Shown here one piece after another: positions 55,891 through 64,000 of a stretch of 64,000 nucleotides of DNA (positions within the stretch are counted from its first letter, which is position 1; every line of letters starts with the position of its first letter). The notes beneath the pieces were generated by a model. That model was given only the letters and a program-made list of their open reading frames with translations. It was not told the origin of the DNA and did not search any database. The stretch is from Pseudomonadota bacterium (GTDB lineage: Archaea > Thermoplasmatota > SW-10-69-26 > JACQPN01 > JAJPHT01): contig JAJPHT010000027.1 in the NCBI GenBank assembly GCA_021325135.1, positions 32,001 through 96,000 of the forward strand, read 5' to 3'. A program made the translations under genes and the position numbers.

Positions 55891-57255
55891 GTGCGAGGCC
55901 TCGCGTGGCTTCTCCTGGCGCTCCTCCTCGCGGGGTGCGCCGTTCCAGGCGCAGGGCTGCATCCGGCGTCGGTGACCCAGGCCCCGGCGCTCTCGTGCCC
56001 CGCTCCATGCGTGCGGCTTCTTTCCACCTCCGCCCGCCCGTGGGAGCCCACGATCGCCGTCGACCCGCGCGACCCGGGGCGCGTCGTCGTGGCCAACGCG
56101 GTCTTCGAGGGGCTCGACGGAACGCCCGTCGCCACCTCGTGGATCGAGACGCACGCCACGAACGACGGAGGGGCCTCGTGGACCTCCACGCGCATGCCGC
56201 CCCTGGGCATGCACGACGCCATGGGGGACGCCTTCGTGGCGTTCCTGCGCGACGGGACGCCCCTCGCGGCGGGGCTGGCGTTCGACCACGCGGGCGCCGG
56301 GGCCGGGCAGGCCTACGCCTCGGCGCGCTCCGCGTACTCCTTCTTCGTCGCGCGCTCCTCCGACGGGGGCGCGTCGTGGGAGGGCCCGGCGGTCGTGCGC
56401 GCGGGGCAGGGCGCGCTGGCGCTCGCCCTCGCGCCGCAGCCGGTGGGCGAGCAGGCCGCGGCCGCCGCGTGGGATGCCAACGACAAGGAGTGGATCGCGG
56501 AGGGCCCCGACGGGACGCTCCTCGCGACGTGGGCCGACATCCGCATCATCGACCCGCCGCAGGAGACGGTCAGCCGCCAGGACCTCGTCGCGGCCACGTC
56601 GCGCGACGGCGGGCGCACCTGGTCCACGCCCTCCCTCGTGGAGACGGGGGGCCAGTGGCTTGGCGCCGCACCCGCGATCCTCCCCGACGGGACGATGGCG
56701 GTCGCCTACGTCGACGCGCTCAGCCTGGACCTCCACGTCGCGACCTCGCGCGACGGCGGGGCGACGTGGCGCGCGCAGCCCGTGGGCTCCGCTGCGTTCT
56801 TCCCCGCCCTCGCGGCGTCGGGCGCCCGGCTGGTCCTCGCCTACGCGGACTCGGACGAGCGCGCGCCCGACGTCGTCCAGATGGACGGCAAGCCGCAGCG
56901 CGTCGTCGTGCGCGTCTCGGACGACGCGGGCGCGACGTGGAGCGCGCCGCGCACCGTGGACGCGCCCGAGGCGCCAGGGCGCGCGACGCCGCGGCTCGCG
57001 ATCGCCCCGGACGGAACGGCACTCCTGAGCTGGATGCACGCCACCTCCGCAGGCGCCGAGCTTCGCGTCGTCGCGATGCGCGGGGACTCCATCTCGACCC
57101 CTCTCGCCCTCGACCGGCCGCAGGCGCCTTCGAGCCTGCTGGGCGACTACATGGGGCTTGCCGGGACGCCCGACGGGGCGTGGGCCGCGTGGGTCACGAG
57201 CGCCGACGGGAAGGAGTTCCGGCTGGCGGTCGCGCAGATGACGTTCGCTCCCTGA
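55891..57255 (+). CDS. Lipoprotein with BNR/Asp-box repeats (sialidase-like propeller)
   Basis: LAGC lipobox; repeated SxDGGxTW; GDYMG. Confidence 0.85.
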   Translation: MRGLAWLLLALLLAGCAVPGAGLHPASVTQAPALSCPAPCVRLLSTSARPWEPTIAVDPRDPGRVVVANAVFEGLDGTPVATSWIETHATNDGGASWTSTRMPPLGMHDAMGDAFVAFLRDGTPLAAGLAFDHAGAGAGQAYASARSAYSFFVARSSDGGASWEGPAVVRAGQGALALALAPQPVGEQAAAAAWDANDKEWIAEGPDGTLLATWADIRIIDPPQETVSRQDLVAATSRDGGRTWSTPSLVETGGQWLGAAPAILPDGTMAVAYVDALSLDLHVATSRDGGATWRAQPVGSAAFFPALAASGARLVLAYADSDERAPDVVQMDGKPQRVVVRVSDDAGATWSAPRTVDAPEAPGRATPRLAIAPDGTALLSWMHATSAGAELRVVAMRGDSISTPLALDRPQAPSSLLGDYMGLAGTPDGAWAAWVTSADGKEFRLAVAQMTFAP

Positions 57256-57280
57256 GGATCGACGGCAAAGGCAAAGGTTA

Positions 57281-58045
57281 TTGACTTCTTTCGTAATTTC
57301 GAAAATCGTGCTTTCAGGGGCAGACTTCGACCTGCTTCAGCGCGTGGCCCAGCTCCAGAAGGGCGAGCCGTTGCACTTGGAGGAGCTGGCGCGCCGCCTG
57401 GAGATGTCCCCCTCCCTTCTCCAGCGCAAGCTGAAGAAGCTCGCGACCGAGGGTTGGATCGAGCGGCGTCAGGAGGCCAGCCCCCACGGCCGGATCGTGC
57501 GGTACGTCCCCGTGGCCCGGGTGAGCGTTCAATGGGTTTCTCCCTGGCACGGCGCCGCCATCGCCTGGTCGATGCAGGGAGAGGCCAACTGGGAGTTCCC
57601 GCTGATCGGCCAGGTCCCCGACGAGCCCGCCAGGATCGCTCTCCAGCGCTTTCTTTCGGTCTTGTCCGAGGAGGGGCTTCTTGCTCCTGGGGCTGGGTTC
57701 GAGGGTCCCATGCTCTCCCTTGGGTCCGAGCCCCGCTTGGCCGTCGTGGTCTACGGCTCCGCCGCCCGAGGGCAGGCGCGCGCGGACTCCGACGTCGACG
57801 TGGTCGTGGTCGTCGAGTCCAAGAAAATCGAGGAGAAGATTCTCGACGCCGCAGCGTCCGCGAGCCTGGAGACGCCGCGAGACGTCCAGGTCAAGGTGCT
57901 GGCGATGGGTCAGGACGGGCGCCTCCCCAGGATGACGCCCCAGATCGATCAGGCGATCCGCGAGGACGGACTGATCGTCTTCGACACGCTGCACGACCCC
58001 CGGCTCTGGTCGCTTGTCTACGGAGGCAGGCGCCGTGGACCTTGA
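57281..58045 (+). CDS. wHTH fused to minimal nucleotidyltransferase (MNT antitoxin-like)
   Basis: N-terminal wHTH; YGSAARG..ADSDVDV. Confidence 0.82.
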   Translation: MTSFVISKIVLSGADFDLLQRVAQLQKGEPLHLEELARRLEMSPSLLQRKLKKLATEGWIERRQEASPHGRIVRYVPVARVSVQWVSPWHGAAIAWSMQGEANWEFPLIGQVPDEPARIALQRFLSVLSEEGLLAPGAGFEGPMLSLGSEPRLAVVVYGSAARGQARADSDVDVVVVVESKKIEEKILDAAASASLETPRDVQVKVLAMGQDGRLPRMTPQIDQAIREDGLIVFDTLHDPRLWSLVYGGRRRGP

Positions 58046-58382
58046 GGAGCAGCTTTGGGACGGGGCCGCGGAATGGCTTGCGGCCGCGCAGCAGGAGCGA
58101 GCCAGCGGCCGGCTGCGGGTGGCGTTCGAAGCCGCGCGCCACTCCGCCGAGCTGTCCGCGAAGGCCCTCCTGGTGCGGGCCACGGGAAGCTTCCCGAAGT
58201 CGCACACCGTCGCCGGGCAGCTTCACCGGGCGGGGCTCGTCCCTGCTGGCGTCGAACCGAAGGTCCTTCACCGGCTGCTCTCGGACTTCACGCTCGGGAC
58301 CTATGGCTTCGAGCGCCCCCTGGAGGATGCGGAGGTCGCGAACGCCATCGCGCTCGCCCGCGCCATGCTCTCGGCCCGCTGA
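58035..58382 (+). CDS. HEPN-domain protein
   Basis: AELSAKALL, FPKSH; overlaps the MNT gene. Confidence 0.8.
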   Translation: MDLEEQLWDGAAEWLAAAQQERASGRLRVAFEAARHSAELSAKALLVRATGSFPKSHTVAGQLHRAGLVPAGVEPKVLHRLLSDFTLGTYGFERPLEDAEVANAIALARAMLSAR

Positions 58383-58386
58383 GCGG

Positions 58387-59628
58387 TCAAGCCTTCGCCA
58401 GTGCGCCGTAGCGCTCCTTGGCCTGCTGCGGCTCCAGCTTCGCGGCCTTGGCGAGCCTCGTGAGCCGCTCCCCTTCCAGGTCCTCAGGCCGCAGGCGCGC
58501 CTGGAGCGCCAGCGCGCTGCGCCACACGCCGCCGTGGGGGTCGACGCGGCGGATGCGCACCTTGCCGGTGGCGGGGTCGCGCAGGTCCTCGAACTGGATG
58601 GGCACGAGCTTGCCGTCCTGGAGCGAGATGAGGCCGTTGCCCTGCCCGTTGGCGAGGAACTCCACGGCGCCGACGCCCAGCGTGCGCGTGTACTGCACGT
58701 CGAAGGCCACCGGGTCCGCGCAGCGAAGCTCGTAGCCGATGATCTTGGTGATGAAGCCCACGTCGAGCTTGCGCTCCTTGAAGCGTGATAGCAGAACGTC
58801 GCGCACGACGCGGCCCAGGTCGATCTCGCTCAGGCGCGGGTTGTTGTGCTCGTCGTACTCCAGCGTGACGAAGGAGGCGAGCTCCTGCGGGTCCATGCGG
58901 TCCAGCAGGCCCTCGGCGAGCACGACGACGCCCCAGTCGGAGCCCTCGGCCTTGCGCTTCGCGATGGCGGCCTCCACGAGGTCCGCGATCTCGGCGAGGC
59001 GGATCTTGCCCGCGGGGAACTCCTCGGGGATGACGCAAAGCTGCGAGCCCGAGCCCACGGCCATGCTCAGGGCCAGGTGCCCCGCGCTGCGGCCCATGGC
59101 GGTGATGAGGTACCAGCGCGAGGTCGTCTGCGCGTCGACGCGGAGGTTCTTGCAAAGCTCGCTGCCCCAGTGCTTCGCCGTCTCGAAGCCGAACGTGGGC
59201 GCGTTGCCCGGGAGCGGCAGGTCGTTGTCGATGGTCTTGGGGACGTGGACCGCCCTCATGCCTCCGCCCGCGGCCGCGGCGACCTTGGTGGCGGAGGTGG
59301 CCGTGTCGTCGCCGCCCAGCGTCACGAGGTCCGTGACGCCCAGCGACCGGAGCGCCGCGACGACGGCCTGCATGTCCTCGGACTTCTTCGTGGGGTTCGC
59401 GCGGGACGTGAAGAGGATGCTGCCCCCCTTCGTCTCGATGCCCGCGACGTCCTTCTCGGTGAGCTCGCGCACGCCGCCCACGTCGCCCTTCATCAACTGG
59501 CTGAAGCCCTTGGGCACGCCGAGGACCTTCCAGCCTCGGGCGCGCGCCGACAGGGTGACCGCGTTGATGACGCCGTTCAGGCCGGGGGCCGGGCCGCCGC
59601 CGACGAGCATCGCGAGGGTGCGGGTCAT
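58387..59628 (-). CDS. pfp: PfkA-family phosphofructokinase, probably PPi-dependent
   Basis: GGGPAPGLN, GGDD, PKTIDND, MGR, GYELRC. Confidence 0.88.
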   Translation of the reverse strand: MTRTLAMLVGGGPAPGLNGVINAVTLSARARGWKVLGVPKGFSQLMKGDVGGVRELTEKDVAGIETKGGSILFTSRANPTKKSEDMQAVVAALRSLGVTDLVTLGGDDTATSATKVAAAAGGGMRAVHVPKTIDNDLPLPGNAPTFGFETAKHWGSELCKNLRVDAQTTSRWYLITAMGRSAGHLALSMAVGSGSQLCVIPEEFPAGKIRLAEIADLVEAAIAKRKAEGSDWGVVVLAEGLLDRMDPQELASFVTLEYDEHNNPRLSEIDLGRVVRDVLLSRFKERKLDVGFITKIIGYELRCADPVAFDVQYTRTLGVGAVEFLANGQGNGLISLQDGKLVPIQFEDLRDPATGKVRIRRVDPHGGVWRSALALQARLRPEDLEGERLTRLAKAAKLEPQQAKERYGALAKA

Positions 59629-59742
59629 GAGGCGCGGGACCCCGAGGGGCAGGAAAAGGGTTTCTCCTGGGGTTTCGGGGCCGGCGCTTCGTTCAAGGAG
59701 CGAGCCAAAGGAGCTTAACCGGGCCTTTTGCGTCCGGCGGCC

Positions 59743-61179
59743 ATGCGCGCGGCGCTAGCATCCCTCGTCCTTCTCGCCCTCGTCCTCTCCGGGTGCGCCG
59801 CCCCGGCGGCGCGCGTGGCGCCCGCCTCCGCCACGGTCGACGCCTCGGGGCTCTCGGCGACGATCCTCGACGTCAAGGCCACCGGCTCTGAGCCCACCAT
59901 GGGCGTCACCAAGGACGGGAGCCTCTACGTCACGGGGGGCGGCGCGAAGGTCTGGAAGTCCAGCGACCACGGCAAGACGTGGGCCAACGTCGCGGACGCG
60001 AGGCCGCGCCCCGACCTCGACCCCTACCTGTGGGTCGACGCGCGCACCGACCGCATCTTCAGCTCGCCCGACAACGTCGTCTGCTCGAACCTCATGTGGA
60101 GCGACGACGGCGCCAAGACGTGGAGCTGGAACCCCGCCGGCGGCTGCGGGCTCCCTGGCCACGACCACCAGAGCCTCGTGACGGGTCCTCCCCCCAAGGG
60201 CGTCTCGACGCAGGGCTACCCCGACGTGGTCTACTACTCCTACAACTCCTTCCGGAGCCTCGCGCTCCCCGCGCCCCTGGAGCAGGACGGCACCTGGGTC
60301 ACCGAGAGCCTCGATGGCGGCATGACCTGGGGCGTCGGCGTCGACGTGCTCCCCAGCGACGCCTGCGAGGACGGGCTCAACGGCGCGCCGGCCGTGGCGC
60401 CCGACGGCACGGTCTACGTCCCCATCCCGCGCTGCGACGGCATGCACGTCGCCGTCTCCAAGGACGCCGGGAAGACGTGGACGGTCCACGACATCCTCGA
60501 CGCGGGCACGCTGGGCGCCAACGAGCCCCAGGGCCAAGGCCTCGTGGGCACGTCCAACCCCTACGAGCCCAACCCGGGCATGGGCGTCGACGCCGCCGGC
60601 AACGCCTTCGTCGCGTTCGGCGGGAAGGACGGCCGCATGTACCTCGCCCGCAGCGTCGACTCGGGCGCGACGTGGAGCAAGCCGATGGTCGTGTCGCCCC
60701 CCGACGTGACCAGCACGGCCTTCAGCGCGCTGGTGGCCGGCGACGCCGGGCGCATCGCCATCGCGTACCTGGGCACCAACGCCTCCACCGACAACTGGCC
60801 CGGCAAGGCGGCGCAGAACGCGCCGGACGGCGTGGCCTGGCACCTCTACCTCACCTACGTCACCGACGCCCTGGCCCCTGTGCCGACGCCCGTCTCGCTG
60901 CGGGCGACGCCCGCCGACGACCCCGTGCAGGTGGGCTGCATCTGGCAGAGCGGCGGCAGCAACGCGTGCCGCAACCTGGGCGACTTCATCGGCATGGCGC
61001 AGCACGATGGGCGCGTCTACGTCGTCTACTCGGACGGCTGCGCGCGGTGCGCCGACGCCGCGAATTCCCACGGCGACGCGCTGAAGGTCGCGGTGGAGGA
61101 CGCGGGGCCCAGCCTCGTGGGAAGCGGCGCGCTGGGCGCCTACTCCTTGGGCTTCACCACGAACACGCAGCGGTCGTAG
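59743..61179 (+). CDS. Lipoprotein with BNR/Asp-box repeats
   Basis: LSGC lipobox; five SxDxGxTW repeats; LGDFIG. Confidence 0.85.
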   Translation: MRAALASLVLLALVLSGCAAPAARVAPASATVDASGLSATILDVKATGSEPTMGVTKDGSLYVTGGGAKVWKSSDHGKTWANVADARPRPDLDPYLWVDARTDRIFSSPDNVVCSNLMWSDDGAKTWSWNPAGGCGLPGHDHQSLVTGPPPKGVSTQGYPDVVYYSYNSFRSLALPAPLEQDGTWVTESLDGGMTWGVGVDVLPSDACEDGLNGAPAVAPDGTVYVPIPRCDGMHVAVSKDAGKTWTVHDILDAGTLGANEPQGQGLVGTSNPYEPNPGMGVDAAGNAFVAFGGKDGRMYLARSVDSGATWSKPMVVSPPDVTSTAFSALVAGDAGRIAIAYLGTNASTDNWPGKAAQNAPDGVAWHLYLTYVTDALAPVPTPVSLRATPADDPVQVGCIWQSGGSNACRNLGDFIGMAQHDGRVYVVYSDGCARCADAANSHGDALKVAVEDAGPSLVGSGALGAYSLGFTTNTQRS

Positions 61180-63008
61180 CCCTGGGACTGGCAGCGCACC
61201 TCGCTGCCCAGCGCCTTGCCGCCGGTGAGCTTGCCCACGGCGCCCTCCAGGAAGCCCACGGCGAGGTGGCACGTCGGCTGGAGGGAGGAGGGGCGGCGCT
61301 CCAGCAGGTCGTCGGCCGAGAAACGATAGCCCGCCTCGTCGCTGCGCTCCAGCGCGATGGCGCCCAGGCCCATGGTGGCGAAGGCGGCGAGGAAGGCCTC
61401 GGGCTCCTTGGCGTCGATCTCGGCGGCGAGGCTGCGCCCCATCTCGGCGATGGAGAAGCGCGTCGCGCTGGCGTCGCCCACGACGTTGAGCAGCATGCGC
61501 CGCACGATGGGGCGCGTGACGCCCTGGGCTTGCAGCGCCTCCTGAGCCTCGCGGCGGCCGGTCACGTCGTGGAAGAGCACGACCGCGCCGCGGCCGCCCT
61601 TGAAGCCGCCCAGCGGCACGCCCGACACCATGAAGGTCCGGCCGTCGAGGAGGGCCTCCAGGTTGCCGAACGCGCGCCCCGCGCGCAGGCCTTCGATGGC
61701 GCCGCGCAGCGCGTCGTCCTTCTCCACGAGCGGCAGCGAGGCGAGCTTCGCGCCTTCGGGGAGGGGCTTGCCCTGGCCCAGCGCGCGGTGCAGGCCGGAG
61801 TTGAACTGGAGGAGGAGCCCCTGGCCGTCGAGGCGCGCGACGCCCGCCGGGACGTTCTCCACGATGCCCTGGTGGAGGTCCTTCATCGCGGCGATCTCGT
61901 CGAGGGCCCACGCGTTCTCCGCCGCCGCGGCGACCTGCCCCGCGACGACGTGGAGAAGCTGCGGGTCGACGTTGCGCGAGGCGTCCACGACGCGGCGCGC
62001 GGGGTCCACCCGGATCTCGCCGAGCACGTCGCCGTCCTTGCCGCGGATCACGGCCTCCAGCGCGGGGACGCCGGGCGCGGGGCCGCCCTCGTACTCGCGC
62101 GCCCACTCGCGGGGCGCCTCGCCCGGGCGGCGCAGCGTGAGGCGCACGCGCCCCGCCACGAAGAGGTCGCCGCACGCATCCAGGGCGCCCGCCGCGACCT
62201 CGTCGATGCTGCGCGTGCCCGCGAGCTTCGCGCCCATCTCGGCGAGGCGCCGGTGCGCGCCCACCTCGCGCTCCGCGCGCGCGGAGAGGCGCATGAAGCT
62301 CACCGCCATGAGGCCCAGCGGCAGCACGATGAGCGTGGCGAGAGGATGATAGCTCCACAGGGCGACGATGGCGACGCCCAGCGCCACGCCCAGGACGACG
62401 TGCCACACGGTCGCGAGGAGGAAGCGCTCGCGGAAGACGTTCGCGACGGAGCGCCGCTCCAGCCCCGCGAAGAGGGTCGCCACGAGCGAGTTGGAGGCGA
62501 GCGTGTACGCCGCGAGGCCCGCCGTCGCCGCCGCGAGGCGCGGCCAGCCCAGCGAGCCGCCCAGCCACGCGGCGAGCGCCGCGGCGACGGCGGCGGCCGT
62601 CGTGTAGGCGCCCACGTTGAAGAACGCCTTGATGGCGACGCGGCGCGCGGCAAGCTGCACGATGGTCATGCTGCACGCGACCAGCGGCACGAGGGCGAAG
62701 GGCGGCAGCAGCGCCAGCGCGAGGAGCACCACGGGCTCGTCGAAGGAGCTCACCGTGCGCAGGTTGCGGAAGTGGAGCACGAGGGCGCGGCGCTCCAGCA
62801 GGAACGCGAAGCCCACGAGGATGGCGAAGAGGCCGCCCAGGAGCGCCCCCGTGGGGTCGCGCGGCCAGAGGTAGGCCGCCGACCAGACGCCCGCGGCGAG
62901 GGCGATGCCGCCCAGGGCCGAGAGGAGCGTCACGTAGGCCCGCACGGGCAGGGGCGTGGACGTGGCGACGCGCGTGGCGGGATCGGCCAGCGTGGCAGTC
63001 TGGGCCAT
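61140..63008 (-). CDS. Membrane sensor: multi-TM + GAF-like + PAS + V4R-like domain
   Basis: N-terminal TM bundle; IVENVPAGV..D (PAS); CHLAVGFLEG..EVRC...C. Confidence 0.8.
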   Translation of the reverse strand: MAQTATLADPATRVATSTPLPVRAYVTLLSALGGIALAAGVWSAAYLWPRDPTGALLGGLFAILVGFAFLLERRALVLHFRNLRTVSSFDEPVVLLALALLPPFALVPLVACSMTIVQLAARRVAIKAFFNVGAYTTAAAVAAALAAWLGGSLGWPRLAAATAGLAAYTLASNSLVATLFAGLERRSVANVFRERFLLATVWHVVLGVALGVAIVALWSYHPLATLIVLPLGLMAVSFMRLSARAEREVGAHRRLAEMGAKLAGTRSIDEVAAGALDACGDLFVAGRVRLTLRRPGEAPREWAREYEGGPAPGVPALEAVIRGKDGDVLGEIRVDPARRVVDASRNVDPQLLHVVAGQVAAAAENAWALDEIAAMKDLHQGIVENVPAGVARLDGQGLLLQFNSGLHRALGQGKPLPEGAKLASLPLVEKDDALRGAIEGLRAGRAFGNLEALLDGRTFMVSGVPLGGFKGGRGAVVLFHDVTGRREAQEALQAQGVTRPIVRRMLLNVVGDASATRFSIAEMGRSLAAEIDAKEPEAFLAAFATMGLGAIALERSDEAGYRFSADDLLERRPSSLQPTCHLAVGFLEGAVGKLTGGKALGSEVRCQSQGYDRCVFVVKPKE

Positions 63009-63167
63009 GGGACTTCCAGCCTTCCGCGCCGGGGAGCTATAAAGAATGGACCTGCTGCCCACGCGCCGGCTTCGTGAAAGTCCGGAAAAGCGCAAGGGGA
63101 ATATACGGGACGATTTTACCGCGGGGAGGCCCCTCGGGCGCCGGCCCGGGTGCGGAGCGTTGCCCCC

Positions 63168-64000
63168 ATGAGATCCATTCGGTTCCCCAGGGACCCCTCT
63201 CGCGCGATCGCGGCGATCGGGATCGTGACCTTCCTCCTCCTCGCCTCGACCGCCGCCGCGGACCTCCCGGCGCCCCCCGCCCCGCCCGCGCCCCCCTCGG
63301 TGAGCGCGAACCTCATCGTGGGCTTCCAGACGCCCGGCGTCAACCTCACGCTCATCGCCGCCATGGGCGGCGTGGTCACCAAGAGCGGCGACTCCATCGG
63401 CGTCGCCGCCGTCTACGCCGCCAACGTCACCGCCTTCATGGCCGCGGCGATGGCCAACTCGTCCCTCATCGCCTTCGTGGAGCCCAACGGCCCCACCGGC
63501 CTCGACTCCTCCGGCTGGGACAGCAGCGGCTGGGACTCGTCCGGATGGGATTCGTCTGGTTGGGACTCCAGCGGATGGGACAGCAGCGGCTGGGACTCCT
63601 CCGGTTGGGACTCGTCTGGTTGGGACTCCAGCGGATGGGACAGCAGCGGCTGGGACTCGTCCGGATGGGACTCCTCGGGCTGGGACAGCTCCGGCTGGGA
63701 CTCCAGCGGTTGGGACAGCAGCGGGTGGGACTCGTCCGGCTGGGACGCCACCACCGGCAACCACTCCATCTTCGACGCCGCGTGGGTCAGCGCGACGGGC
63801 ACGCCCCTCCTCAACAAGGGCGTCGACCCGCTGCTCCACCGCCAGTGGGGCCTGCGCGCCGTGAACGCCTCGCCCGCTACCCTCCGCGTCGGCAGCGGCG
63901 CGCCCATCTGCGTCGTCGACTCGGGCGTGGACTTCACGCACCCCGACCTCGCGGGCGCCATCTGGACCGCCGCGGACGGAAGCCACGGCTACAACTTCGT
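63168..64000 (+). CDS. Secreted S8 subtilisin-like protease, truncated by the window end; not in the ORF track
   Basis: Signal peptide, I9-like propeptide, QWGL, VVDSGVDFTHPDL. Confidence 0.88.
   Translation, partial: MRSIRFPRDPSRAIAAIGIVTFLLLASTAAADLPAPPAPPAPPSVSANLIVGFQTPGVNLTLIAAMGGVVTKSGDSIGVAAVYAANVTAFMAAAMANSSLIAFVEPNGPTGLDSSGWDSSGWDSSGWDSSGWDSSGWDSSGWDSSGWDSSGWDSSGWDSSGWDSSGWDSSGWDSSGWDSSGWDSSGWDSSGWDATTGNHSIFDAAWVSATGTPLLNKGVDPLLHRQWGLRAVNASPATLRVGSGAPICVVDSGVDFTHPDLAGAIWTAADGSHGYNF
63504..63743 (+). repeat. 16 x 15-bp coding repeat (DSSGW)
   Basis: GAY-Ser-Ser-GGN-TGG units with varied synonymous codons. Confidence 0.95.

Overview
High-GC archaeal chromosomal segment. Markers are radB, archaeal D-aminoacyl-tRNA deacylase, deoxyhypusine synthase, archaeal-type ValRS, TrmB, an archaeosortase and GGTGA/GGAGG Shine-Dalgarno sites. 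A Thermoplasmatota-like host is an inference only. Three accessory systems stand out. (1) About 38.1-50.7 kb: a class V-like lanthipeptide (RiPP) locus. It has an APH-type kinase, a HopA1-type lyase, a stand-alone LanC cyclase, two luciferase-like oxidoreductases, six precursor peptides sharing an 'LxA[KR]D[IV]ExLENTSI' leader (two carry 16-Cys cores) and an RRE-like/M50 membrane peptidase. It also has a tandem array of five secreted six-Cys mini-proteins and an upstream secreted peptide plus membrane-anchored wHTH regulator. A GCAA-N7-MAACAA motif recurs six times in front of transcription units across this locus. (2) About 1-15.9 kb: an integrated rolling-circle element (pleolipovirus/inovirus-like gene layout). 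It carries an IS91-like HUH Rep, a candidate origin hairpin, a P-loop ATPase, membrane-anchored structural-like proteins, lower-GC cargo and a decayed gene copy at its right edge. (3) About 31.2-33.9 kb: an archaeosortase with adjacent substrates ending in an 'IPFFPS-TM-RR' signal. The remainder is housekeeping genes, two toxin-antitoxin pairs, bacterial-type glycolytic enzymes and an S8 protease with 16 DSSGW repeats. All calls rest on motif recognition by eye; no database searches were run.
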